In this document: positions 1 to 6,901 of the stretch, piece after piece | Layout of the letters: each line of letters opens with the position of its first letter | How positions within the stretch are numbered: the stretch's first letter is position 1 | Assembly: GCA_963788115.1 (NCBI GenBank) | Contig: CAWBFD010000002.1 | Location: 1,003,109-1,027,108, forward strand | Direction: 5' to 3' | Source: an uncultured Actinomycetes bacterium | GTDB taxonomy: Bacteria > Actinomycetota > Thermoleophilia > Solirubrobacterales > 70-9 | Length of the DNA: 24,000 nucleotides | Translations under genes and position numbers: made by a program | Notes under the pieces: model-generated | Database searches by the model: none | Told to the model about the DNA's origin: nothing | The model's input: the letters and a program-made list of their open reading frames with translations, nothing else

Positions 1-327
1 GTCGCCAACGGGCTCGCCAATGCCACGTTCATGGTCGTCATCAACCGGATCGGGCTCGAGGAGCCGGTCGAGTTCTACGGATCCTCGTTCGTCTCGGACC
101 CCTACGGCCGGGTGCTCGTGCGGGCGCCGCGGGACCGGCCGGCGGTCCTGGTGGCGGACCTCGATCTCAACCATCGTCGCGACTGGCTCGGCTTCGGGCT
201 GATCACGACCCGCCGGCCGGACCAATATCGCCGGCTCCTCGAGGGCGAGGCGCGCCTGAGTCGCGCCGCCGCAGTCGGGGACCGGCTTGGAGGCCCCGCC
301 AATGAAGAGCCTCCCGGTGCGCGCTGA
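1..327 (+). CDS. Carbon-nitrogen hydrolase (nitrilase superfamily), N-carbamoylputrescine-amidase-like; 3' part only, 5' end lies off-window
   Basis: Frame 1 is open from nt 1 (VANGLANATFMVVINRIG...). The run FYGSSFVSDPYGRVL...VLVADLDL...RRPDQY matches the C-terminal region of AguB/CPA-type CN-hydrolases as I remember them. GC3 is high. The last ~25 aa, after RRPDQYRRLLEG, look non-conserved. Confidence 0.7.
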   Translation, partial: VANGLANATFMVVINRIGLEEPVEFYGSSFVSDPYGRVLVRAPRDRPAVLVADLDLNHRRDWLGFGLITTRRPDQYRRLLEGEARLSRAAAVGDRLGGPANEEPPGAR

Positions 328-1453
328 GCGTCAGACTGCCCGAGCCGATCTGAAGACGGCTCGTGGGGCGCGGGCGGCGGGCTTGGGGTTGATCCTGGAC
401 ATGGGAGCCGCGAACGCCGCGCCGAAACCGCGCCGGCCGATCAGCGCTGGGAAGCTGCTCGCGTTGCCGGAGCCGGAGCTCGCCGCGCACCCGCCTGCGA
501 TCGCACGGGCGGCCGCGACGATCGCCGGACTGAACAAGAGCGAGCACACGAAGCGGGGCTATGTCTCGGATCTGCTCGCCTTCTGCGAGTGGCACCCGGC
601 CGGGTACGAGCTCGACTGGGGCGCGATCACCTACTCGGACGTCGCCGACTTCGACGGGGCCATGGTCAAGCGGGGCCTCAAGCCCGCCACCCGTGCGCGC
701 CGGCTGGCGGCGCTCGGACGGTTCTACACCGAGCTCGTGCGCCGCGGACACGTGCAGGCCTCGCCATTGGTTGCGGTCGAGCGGCCACGCGTGGAGTTCT
801 CGCCGGCCGACAAGGGGCTATCCGCCGCCGAGCTGACCCGGCTCCTCGAGGCGGCCGAGCATCGCGGCCCCCAGGCTCATGCGCTCGTCTGCCTGCTCGG
901 CCTACCCGGCCTCCGCATCTCCGAGGCGCTCGGCATCGACGCGGGACAGGCCACGCGCGACGTCGACGGGCTCGCGGTGGTGCGATCGACGGTGAAGGGC
1001 GGCCGCTCGCGGACGATCACGATCGGAGAGCGCACGCTCGCCGCGATCGAGGCGCTCGAAGCGGAGCGGTCGCCCGGGGAGCCGCTGTTCCGCCGCGCGA
1101 CCAATGCGCGCGAGCAGGCCGCGATGGCCCGTCGCGGCGAGCCGGTCCGGCTCCACGTGCGGATGAGTCAGCAGATGGCGGGGGTCCTGATCGCGGAGCT
1201 AGCGGCCGAGGCGGAGCTTCGCGAGCGAAGCGGCAAGGCCAAGGTCGTGACTCCGCACACCCTGCGCCACACCGCCGCCTCGCTGATGTATGACGAGACC
1301 CGCGATCTGCGCGCGGTTCAGGAGCAGCTCGGCCATGCGTCGCCGGCGACCACGCAGCGCTACGACCGCGGCCGGCGGAAGGAGGCAGCCGCGGCGCTCG
1401 CGGCGGCGGACCGGGCGATCGGTAGGTCTGGGCGGCCTCCGCAAAGTGGCTAG
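302..1453 (+). CDS. Tyrosine recombinase / phage-type site-specific integrase
   Basis: The catalytic signature is visible: LRISEAL (Arg), HTLRHTAAS (His-x-x-Arg), LGHASPATTQRY (His plus nucleophile Tyr). An N-terminal core-binding-like segment is present (TKRGYVSDLLAFCEW, RRLAALGRFY). Start set at ATG 302 because GGAGG (289-293) lies 8 nt upstream; ATG 287 and ATG 401 are in-frame alternatives. The gene overlaps the hydrolase 3' end by 26 nt. Confidence 0.9.
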   Translation: MKSLPVRAERQTARADLKTARGARAAGLGLILDMGAANAAPKPRRPISAGKLLALPEPELAAHPPAIARAAATIAGLNKSEHTKRGYVSDLLAFCEWHPAGYELDWGAITYSDVADFDGAMVKRGLKPATRARRLAALGRFYTELVRRGHVQASPLVAVERPRVEFSPADKGLSAAELTRLLEAAEHRGPQAHALVCLLGLPGLRISEALGIDAGQATRDVDGLAVVRSTVKGGRSRTITIGERTLAAIEALEAERSPGEPLFRRATNAREQAAMARRGEPVRLHVRMSQQMAGVLIAELAAEAELRERSGKAKVVTPHTLRHTAASLMYDETRDLRAVQEQLGHASPATTQRYDRGRRKEAAAALAAADRAIGRSGRPPQSG

Positions 1454-1499
1454 GCGAAAGTGGCGTCACACCGCTCGTGCGCCTGCTTGTTCACCGCGC

Positions 1500-1688
1500 C
1501 TATGCCGGCGCCGGCACGAAGTGCTTGAGCTCGACGTCGCCGCGGTCGAGGGCGAAGCGCACGCCCTCTTCCGCGAGCCGGTGTGCCTCCTCGTAGGTGT
1601 CGGCAACAACGGTCCAGTTCGGAACCTCGGGTGACGTCGCCACCCAGGTGTCGTCGTCGTGCTCGTAGATCACGCGGATTCGGTCCAT
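1500..1688 (-). CDS. HicB-N-terminal-like (UPF0150/DUF1902-like) small protein, antitoxin-type module
   Basis: 62-aa ORF with AGGAG 9 nt upstream of ATG 1688, starting 24 nt after the RHH gene stop. RVIYEHDDDTWVATSPEVPNWTVVADTYEEAHRLAEEGVRFAL resembles the toxin-neutralising N-domain of HicB-family antitoxins (from memory). Confidence 0.55.
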   Translation of the reverse strand: MDRIRVIYEHDDDTWVATSPEVPNWTVVADTYEEAHRLAEEGVRFALDRGDVELKHFVPAPA

Positions 1689-1712
1689 GTCTCGTCGCTC
1701 CTGAAGGTCACC

Positions 1713-1991
1713 TCAGCGAACCTCAAGATATCTGCGCAGCGCTTTCCGAATCACCGATGACGTCGTTTCGTGGTCCCGCGTTGCCCGCTCGGTGAGCGCC
1801 TTGCGCAGCTCCGGTTCCAGCCTGACCGACTCAACGCTGGCCGGACCCGAGCCAATCGGCGGCCGACCACCGCGCCGGCGCAGCGTCTCTTCGACGTCGT
1901 AGCCGGCCTCAGCCGTGCCGGCGACCTCCTCTACGAGCTCCTCGGTGATCTCTTTGCCTGTCGTCGTCCTGCCGTAGCCCCTCTTCGCCAT
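1713..1991 (-). CDS. Ribbon-helix-helix (CopG/antitoxin-type) DNA-binding protein
   Basis: The C-terminal VRLEPELRKALTERATRDHETTSSVIRKALRRYL is a typical RHH (beta strand plus two helices). The upstream AEAGYDVEETLRRRGGRPPIGSGPA segment is typical of actinobacterial CopG-like antitoxin proteins. GGAGG lies 9 nt upstream of ATG 1991; in-frame ATGs at 1997 and 2027 are alternatives. Confidence 0.75.
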   Translation of the reverse strand: MAKRGYGRTTTGKEITEELVEEVAGTAEAGYDVEETLRRRGGRPPIGSGPASVESVRLEPELRKALTERATRDHETTSSVIRKALRRYLEVR

Positions 1992-2409
1992 GTTCATCAG
2001 CCTCCGGGTAGCAGCGGCCAACCTCATATTCCTCTTGGCTTATCGCGTTGTCGCTCTCGCACTCCGCCGACTCCCCGCTGAGACTGGAAACGCAGCTCTC
2101 AGAATCAGACTTGATCAGTAGGAAGTAGGCGGCAGCCCCGCAAGCGACCAAGATAACCGTGCCGAGAGCGAGAACTCGAGTTTGGGAATGCGCAGCGTCA
2201 AGGTAGTGAGAGCCCAGTCCGCGCGTGTCCGGATTGTCCAAGCTGATCGCCTTCTGGCTTACCCGCAGCGCCGCGCGCCGGCAAGGGGGATCCGCATGGC
2301 GCCGATCGCACGAGTCTGGGGCCTGATCCGCGGTCATCAAGTGACGGGATCGGCTGACGCGTTGCTCGTATCGCTCACCGCAGACCTCTCGATGAGGTGC
2401 GGGTAGTGA

Positions 2410-3111
2410 TCACCGTCGGGCCCTTCCTCTTCCGACGCTGTGAATCACCGGATGAACGGTGATCCTGCGGCTGTAATCCATATGGACGCGGCGGACCGTG
2501 TAGGCACGCCATCCGGTCACCGTCACCGTATATGTCCAGTCGTTTCCACTGCGGCTCCAGTCCTTCGAGATCCGGCCTTGCGAGCAACATCCGAGGTATC
2601 CGCTCGCGCCGGTGTCGATACTGCGAGCATCCCCCGGAAGCTCGAAGTGATAATGGGCGATGGCGTAGCGACCACCCCAGCAGTCAAGCTGGAGCTCGCC
2701 ATAGAAGCCATCGAGGTAGCAAGGCCCCTGGCGGGATCGCGAATCGGTCTCGGTGCCGCTTCGCGTGCTGCTGTAGTGGCGCCACTGGTGGCGGGTGACG
2801 CGCTTATGGATTCCTCGGCAGGTCAGGTAGATGGGCTTCCCAGCGCGCGGCGTGCGGTAGCCAAAGCGGATCTTCGACGAGGAAAAGCGAGTCACCGGCC
2901 GGATCGATGTATAGGTTCGGGTTCCATCGTTCTTTAGTGCCCGCCCATGACAACTCCATCCGGAGCCGAACTTCCAACCATGCAGCGTTTCTGCTGTGAA
3001 CCCGAACGGGCCAATATTGGAAATGTTCAGCTCTTGGCCCGCGCTGGCGCTGCTAGCGCTCAGTGAGAGCGCCAGAAGAGTAAGGCCACAGGCAAGTACG
3101 GCCTTTTTCAC
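2410..3111 (-). CDS. Secreted Cys-containing protein of unknown function
   Basis: 233 aa. The GTG start overlaps the stop of the upstream gene (GTGA at 3108-3111). Signal peptide MKKAVLACGLTLLALSLSASSASA/GQE. The mature part has six Cys (SCHG, TCRG, PCYLDG, LDCWGG, GCCSQG). I recognise no domain. Confidence 0.7.
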   Translation of the reverse strand: MKKAVLACGLTLLALSLSASSASAGQELNISNIGPFGFTAETLHGWKFGSGWSCHGRALKNDGTRTYTSIRPVTRFSSSKIRFGYRTPRAGKPIYLTCRGIHKRVTRHQWRHYSSTRSGTETDSRSRQGPCYLDGFYGELQLDCWGGRYAIAHYHFELPGDARSIDTGASGYLGCCSQGRISKDWSRSGNDWTYTVTVTGWRAYTVRRVHMDYSRRITVHPVIHSVGRGRARR

Positions 3112-3743
3112 GCTACCTCCACTGTCGTAACTCGTTCTTCATGTAGGTCGACTGTTTGCGGGTCCCGGCGTCTGAACGCCAGCACCGCTGACAGAACGAC
3201 CATCGCTACGCCTGCGCCGAGCGTCAGGTAAATCCCCCAGCCCGGCTCAGCAATGTCGATCGTGCGTCCGAGAAGTTGCGCCGTGTCGTTATCCGAGATC
3301 TCCGATAGGACGCGAATGCTGTCGCCCGCGACGAACAGTCCGACGAGCAGCGGCCAGACCAATGCTCCTCGGGCTCGGGTCTTCGCAAAGGCCCATAGCG
3401 AGCCGAGCGCGGACAGTGCGCCGAGAATGAACCAGATGCCGTCCACGTCCATCCCGCTCTGGCTCACTAATGCGTTCGTGACCCACGGTCCGAACGACCC
3501 GACGATGATCCCCAAGATGGCGAGGCCCATCATCCAGAACTGACGAGGCTGTTCGGCCAGGACACCGACGATGCGGTTGGCCACGTCGTTGCCGGGCGCT
3601 TGAGCTGTGACCGTCTCGCCTTCGCGGCGATGGTCGGTCCAGCTCTCCCCATCCCACCAGCGTTCATCGCGCCCTTTGGGGTCGCGGTACCAGCCGGCTG
3701 CTGGCAGTTCGGTCATGTGTCCCACGTGCTCGTTCATGTGCAT
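3108..3743 (-). CDS. DUF2510-domain membrane protein
   Basis: The N-terminal AGWYRDPKGRDERWWDGESWTDH is the DUF2510 GWYPDP...RWWDG..WT motif. About four hydrophobic helices follow (FWMMGLAILGIIVGSFGPWV, GIWFILGALSALGSLWAF, ALVWPLLVGLFVAG, GWGIYLTLGAGVAMVVLSAVLAF). ATG 3743 has AAGG 7 nt upstream; ATG 3716 is an alternative start. Confidence 0.8.
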   Translation of the reverse strand: MHMNEHVGHMTELPAAGWYRDPKGRDERWWDGESWTDHRREGETVTAQAPGNDVANRIVGVLAEQPRQFWMMGLAILGIIVGSFGPWVTNALVSQSGMDVDGIWFILGALSALGSLWAFAKTRARGALVWPLLVGLFVAGDSIRVLSEISDNDTAQLLGRTIDIAEPGWGIYLTLGAGVAMVVLSAVLAFRRRDPQTVDLHEERVTTVEVA

Positions 3744-3814
3744 CTGATTGCCTTATCGGCAGTTCGCCGTCATACTTAAACGTATGCGGTCGAGTGCAGA
3801 CGCTCCGAGCAGAC

Positions 3815-3827
3815 ATGCGTCACGCAT
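3815..3827. promoter_or_regulatory. Perfect palindrome ATGCGT-c-ACGCAT, candidate operator in the divergent promoter region
   Basis: Read directly: atgcgtcacgcat at 3815-3827. A third TATGCG half-site lies at 3783-3788 and a CATAC-n6-GTATG inverted repeat at about 3771-3786. All sit in the 103-nt gap between the DUF2510 gene start (3743, minus) and the XRE start (3847, plus). Confidence 0.4.
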
Positions 3828-3846
3828 ATCGAATACAACTCCGGGC

Positions 3847-4168
3847 ATGGAGGCCGGGGAGGTTCCGCGTCCGTTTTTGCCCTGGCTGGGGCGCGCCTGT
3901 CGCCAGGCGCGCGAGGAGCGGGGGGTGGTCCAGGTGAGGATCGCGGCGGCGATCGAGGTAAACCAGGCGACGATCGCGCGGTTTGAGGACGGCAGCGCCT
4001 GGCCGCGGCGCCCCGAGGAGGTGCTTGATGGCCTACGCCAGCGAGCTCGACATGGACGTGCGCCTGATCTGGGTTCGCGCCCTGGTCATGTGGTTCGAGC
4101 ACGAGCCGGTCTTAGAGCAGGAGAGTCAGGAGCGGATTCGGGCGGCGCTCGAGCGGCTGCGGATCTAG
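3847..4168 (+). pseudogene. XRE-family helix-turn-helix regulator interrupted by a 1-nt frameshift near 4024-4030
   Basis: Frame 1 reads MEAGEVPRPFLPWLGRACRQAREERGVVQVRIAAAIEVNQATIARFEDGSAWPRRPEEVL. High GC3 then switches to frame 2, which reads MAYASELDMDVRLIWVRALVMWFEHEP...RLRI-stop at 4166-4168. Joined, the two pieces form one contiguous XRE HTH domain. Frame 1 downstream of 4027 has poor GC3 and an R/A-rich tail. Confidence 0.6.
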
Positions 4169-4196
4169 GGCGGGGGTCGATAGTGGGTCGGCTGCC

Positions 4197-4221
4197 GTCC
4201 GCTCAGGGCAGGCGGACATTT
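4197..4221 (+). terminator. Weak hairpin after the XRE gene: GTCCGC-n9-GCGGAC followed by ATTT
   Basis: Read directly: gtccgc at 4197-4202, gcggac at 4212-4217, attt at 4218-4221. The stem is only 6 bp and the T-run is short. Confidence 0.3.
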
Positions 4222-4427
4222 GCGCGAAGGTCCGGGGCCCGTGCGAGGCTCGTCGATCCCAATCCTCGTCTGCGGTCCGCGCGATGGTTGCGGTCCCGGT
4301 GAGAATCTCAATGAAGGGCTCGACCGGGAACCCACCTCCCTCCAGCCACTCGAAGGGTGAATGGGCCGTCGCGCGCCGGGAAACTCATCGCGGGGCCGTC
4401 GGGCTGCTGGACAGGCGGCGGGCCCGC

Positions 4428-6092
4428 TCAGACCGGTCGTGCGGCGCTTGCTGCCAAGCGGGTCTCGACCACCGTCTCCGCCTCGGCCGCACTCTCGCTG
4501 TAGCCGCTCACGGTGGGCACGAAGTGGCGTCGATCGAGCGCGTAGAGCGTCAGCGGCGTGCGCGCTCGGACCGTCGTGATGCGTGGGACATCGCGCAGCA
4601 GCGCGATCTCGCCGAAGGAATCGCCATCCGAGAGGAGGCTGAGCAGGCGCCCATTCTTCGTCACCTCGACCTCTCCGGAGACGATCACGTAGAAGCTGTC
4701 GCCCACCTGCCCCTGCTCGATCACGGTCCCGGCGGGCTCGATCGATTCCTCACGCACGTTACGGGCGAGATGCTCGATCGTGGAGACCGGCAGGGGCCGG
4801 AGCATCGTCACCTGGCGGAGGCGGTCGATGATGTCCGCCTGCGCGCCAAGCCCATCGTCCACCCTGACGAGGCGCGACCAGGCGAGGGCGACGACGGCAG
4901 GAGTCATCAGCCCGATTGCCACCAGCGCCCCCCTGATCCCGAAGAGGTAGATGAGAAGTGGCGTGATAATGGCCCCGAGGCCAACGGCGAGTGCCACCAG
5001 GCTCTCCAGCGCGCCGAACACCCGCGCCAGAATCTCATCGGGCATGAGGCGAGGGAACAGCGTGAAGTAGCCGAGATCCACCAGAGCGTTCCCGGCGCCC
5101 ACGATCGCGAGCATGACCAGGGCGATGAGCTCGGAGGGGAAGACCCCGATCATGGCGAGCGGCGTGCCCCAGAGCGCGATCCCCAGCCCTGTGTAGGCCG
5201 CGAGGCGTCGGCTCCCGACCAGGATCGAGGCTCCGAGCGATCCCACCACGGCGCCGACGCCGATGGCCGCCGTCAGGACGCCCACCCCCGAGTCCCCGGT
5301 CTCGAGGAGCTCGATGGCGACCACCACGGTGAACACGTTGAGCGCTCCCCGGGTCACCGCCTGGACCGCGCCCAAGCCGAACAGCATTGTCACATCGCGT
5401 TGTGCCGCGATCGCGCGTAGGCCCTCCGCGGTGTCGGCCGCAACCCGAATCGGGGCGGGCGGCGCCTCGCGCGGCGCGGGCTCGTAATCGATCAGGCTCA
5501 CCAAGAAGGCCGACCAGAGCGATAGCACCGCCGTAAGCACGAAGACCGCCTCGGGGCCGCGGACGTCGAGCAGCAACGCTGCGAGCAGGGGGCCGATGAG
5601 CGTGCTGGCGGAATCGAGCAGCCCCCGCGAAGCGTTCGCGGCGGTCAGCTCCTTCGGGGTCTCGCACAGCGCCGGCAGGAGCGCCGAGTGCGCGGGACGG
5701 AAGGCCGTGAACGGGATCGTCGCGATGACCGCGAGCAAATAGACGAAGACGACCGACAGATCCACGGCCATCACCACCGCGGCCGCCCCCACCGCGGCTG
5801 CCCGCATAACCCCGATCCAGATCAATACCCGATCGCGGCGAACGCGGTCGGCTACCGCCGTCGCGAATGGGGCGACAAGTGCCGAGGGGAGCATGCGGAT
5901 CAGCGCCACGATGCCGACGGCGGTAGCGCCCCCGTCCCGGAAAGCCACGACGCCCAGCGCGACCGTGAAGGACCACTCGGCCGCGTAGGCAGAGCCAAAG
6001 GCCAGCTGAGCGCGGCGCAGGTCCGGGCGGCGCAGGTTCGAGGCGAGCGCGGCGCCCCCCTCCGCCAACCGTCTTCCGACGGCGTCGATCAT
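4428..6092 (-). CDS. MFS transporter (EntS/MFS_3-like) with C-terminal cyclic-nucleotide-binding domain
   Basis: 554 aa. The first ~410 aa are hydrophobic with multiple (about 12) TM segments. The last ~130 aa form a CAP_ED-type CNB domain (GDSFYVIVSGEVEVTKNG...GDSFGEIALLRDVPRITTVRA...LYALDRRHF). Confidence 0.9.
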   Translation of the reverse strand: MIDAVGRRLAEGGAALASNLRRPDLRRAQLAFGSAYAAEWSFTVALGVVAFRDGGATAVGIVALIRMLPSALVAPFATAVADRVRRDRVLIWIGVMRAAAVGAAAVVMAVDLSVVFVYLLAVIATIPFTAFRPAHSALLPALCETPKELTAANASRGLLDSASTLIGPLLAALLLDVRGPEAVFVLTAVLSLWSAFLVSLIDYEPAPREAPPAPIRVAADTAEGLRAIAAQRDVTMLFGLGAVQAVTRGALNVFTVVVAIELLETGDSGVGVLTAAIGVGAVVGSLGASILVGSRRLAAYTGLGIALWGTPLAMIGVFPSELIALVMLAIVGAGNALVDLGYFTLFPRLMPDEILARVFGALESLVALAVGLGAIITPLLIYLFGIRGALVAIGLMTPAVVALAWSRLVRVDDGLGAQADIIDRLRQVTMLRPLPVSTIEHLARNVREESIEPAGTVIEQGQVGDSFYVIVSGEVEVTKNGRLLSLLSDGDSFGEIALLRDVPRITTVRARTPLTLYALDRRHFVPTVSGYSESAAEAETVVETRLAASAARPV

Positions 6093-6156
6093 GGCCCGAG
6101 CGCCTCAGCCCGGTGACCGCCTCGGCGCTGGGGCCCGCAGCTCGCGGCGACGATGG

Positions 6157-6900
6157 TCACCACATCGAGTACGCCAGCGACCGCGCCTCGCTCGCGTTCC
6201 CTCCGGGCGCGCCGGGAAGCCCGGGCAATGGGACCGGGCCACGGCAGAGATATGGCTCGCCATGGCGAACGCCGATCATCGCTCCGAACCAGCGCGCCCT
6301 CACCTCCAACAGCTCCAGGAAGTCGCCGCCGCTCAGCGCCGTCGCCGGATCGCCGCCATCGGGGGAGAACTGGCTGCGGTAGCAGCCCACCGCCGCCCCC
6401 TTCTGCTCCCAGACCTCGGAGATGTCCACCACGAAGGAGGGCTCGAAAGGCGAGTGCGCCATATAGGAGAACTGGCGCGCGGGACGGTGTACGCCGCCGC
6501 TGCCAACCCGGCCCACGCCCGCCGCGAAGCAGCCCTCCCTGACTATCCTCCCCGCCGCCTCGTGATCGGGGTGGCGATCGGTGTCGTTGGGGGCCAGGAC
6601 GGTGTGTGGCCTGGCGTCGCGAATCACATCGACCACCCGCGCCACCGCCTCGCGCGACCGCCCGAGCTCGCCGTCGGGCAAGCCCAGCGCGATCCGCTCG
6701 CTGAGCCGGAGAGTCTGCGTCGCCGCCTCCCGCTCCGTGGCACGACCTGCTGGGGTCCCCCGAGTTGCCCGCTCTCCGTTCGTCAGGTCGGCGACACCGA
6801 CTCGCAGCCCCTGCCGCACCGCGAGCGCCAGCGCACCGCCGCAGCCGATCTCCGCATCGTCGGGATGGGGGGAGAAGGCGAGGACGTCGAGCGGGTCCAA
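6157..6900 (-). CDS. bshB1: Bacillithiol-type GlcNAc-malate deacetylase, BshB1-like (PIG-L/LmbE family)
   Basis: VLAFSPHPDDAEIGCGG...GVADLTNGE...DRHPDHEAAG...FVVDISEVWEQKGAAVGCYRSQF matches the BshB1/PIG-L motifs (HPDD, DxHPDH). The TTG start at 6900 lies one nt after the upstream stop (TGAgTTG). The gene sits in an operon with a BshA-like gene. Confidence 0.8.
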   Translation of the reverse strand: MDPLDVLAFSPHPDDAEIGCGGALALAVRQGLRVGVADLTNGERATRGTPAGRATEREAATQTLRLSERIALGLPDGELGRSREAVARVVDVIRDARPHTVLAPNDTDRHPDHEAAGRIVREGCFAAGVGRVGSGGVHRPARQFSYMAHSPFEPSFVVDISEVWEQKGAAVGCYRSQFSPDGGDPATALSGGDFLELLEVRARWFGAMIGVRHGEPYLCRGPVPLPGLPGAPGGNASEARSLAYSMW

Positions 6901-6901
6901 C

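Larger units (their letters stand above)
302..4168. mobile_element. Putative integrated element / genomic island (integrase plus cargo); true att boundaries not identified
   Basis: An integrase sits at one edge. G+C is visibly lower over about 2.0-3.8 kb: hand counts of sampled 60-nt lines gave about 53-63 percent, versus 63-80 percent for lines near 8.1 kb. The cargo is of unknown function and the right edge carries frameshift-type lesions. No convincing direct repeats were found. Confidence 0.45.

Noticed and set aside
300-307. 8-mer CAATGAAG shared with 4309-4316 as a possible att core of the island.
   Set aside because: An 8-nt match between two ~250-nt regions is expected by chance, and the flanks do not extend the identity.
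4291-4347. tRNA-like ending (...ctccagcca) and a 6-bp inverted repeat CCCGGT-n22-ACCGGG, considered as a tRNA/tmRNA fragment marking an integration site.
   Set aside because: No cloverleaf can be drawn. There is no T-loop GTTCGAATC-like motif and no acceptor-stem complement on either strand.
4284-5420. Long plus-strand ORF (378 aa) antisense to the MFS gene. Similar long antisense or out-of-frame ORFs occur at 5035-5976, 6091-7098, 7316-8056, 7755-8354, 7884-8672, 8423-9232, 14734-15921, 14937-15869, 16037-16729, 16662-17993, 17749-18900, 18881-19705, 19647-20435, 20092-20853, 20744-21445, 21442-22182, 22654-23565 and 22778-23722.
   Set aside because: These are typical high-G+C artefacts, because stop codons are rare in alternative frames. 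The translations are Arg/Pro/Gly/Asp-rich low-complexity strings without recognisable motifs. Each overlaps a gene with clear family motifs and better GC3.
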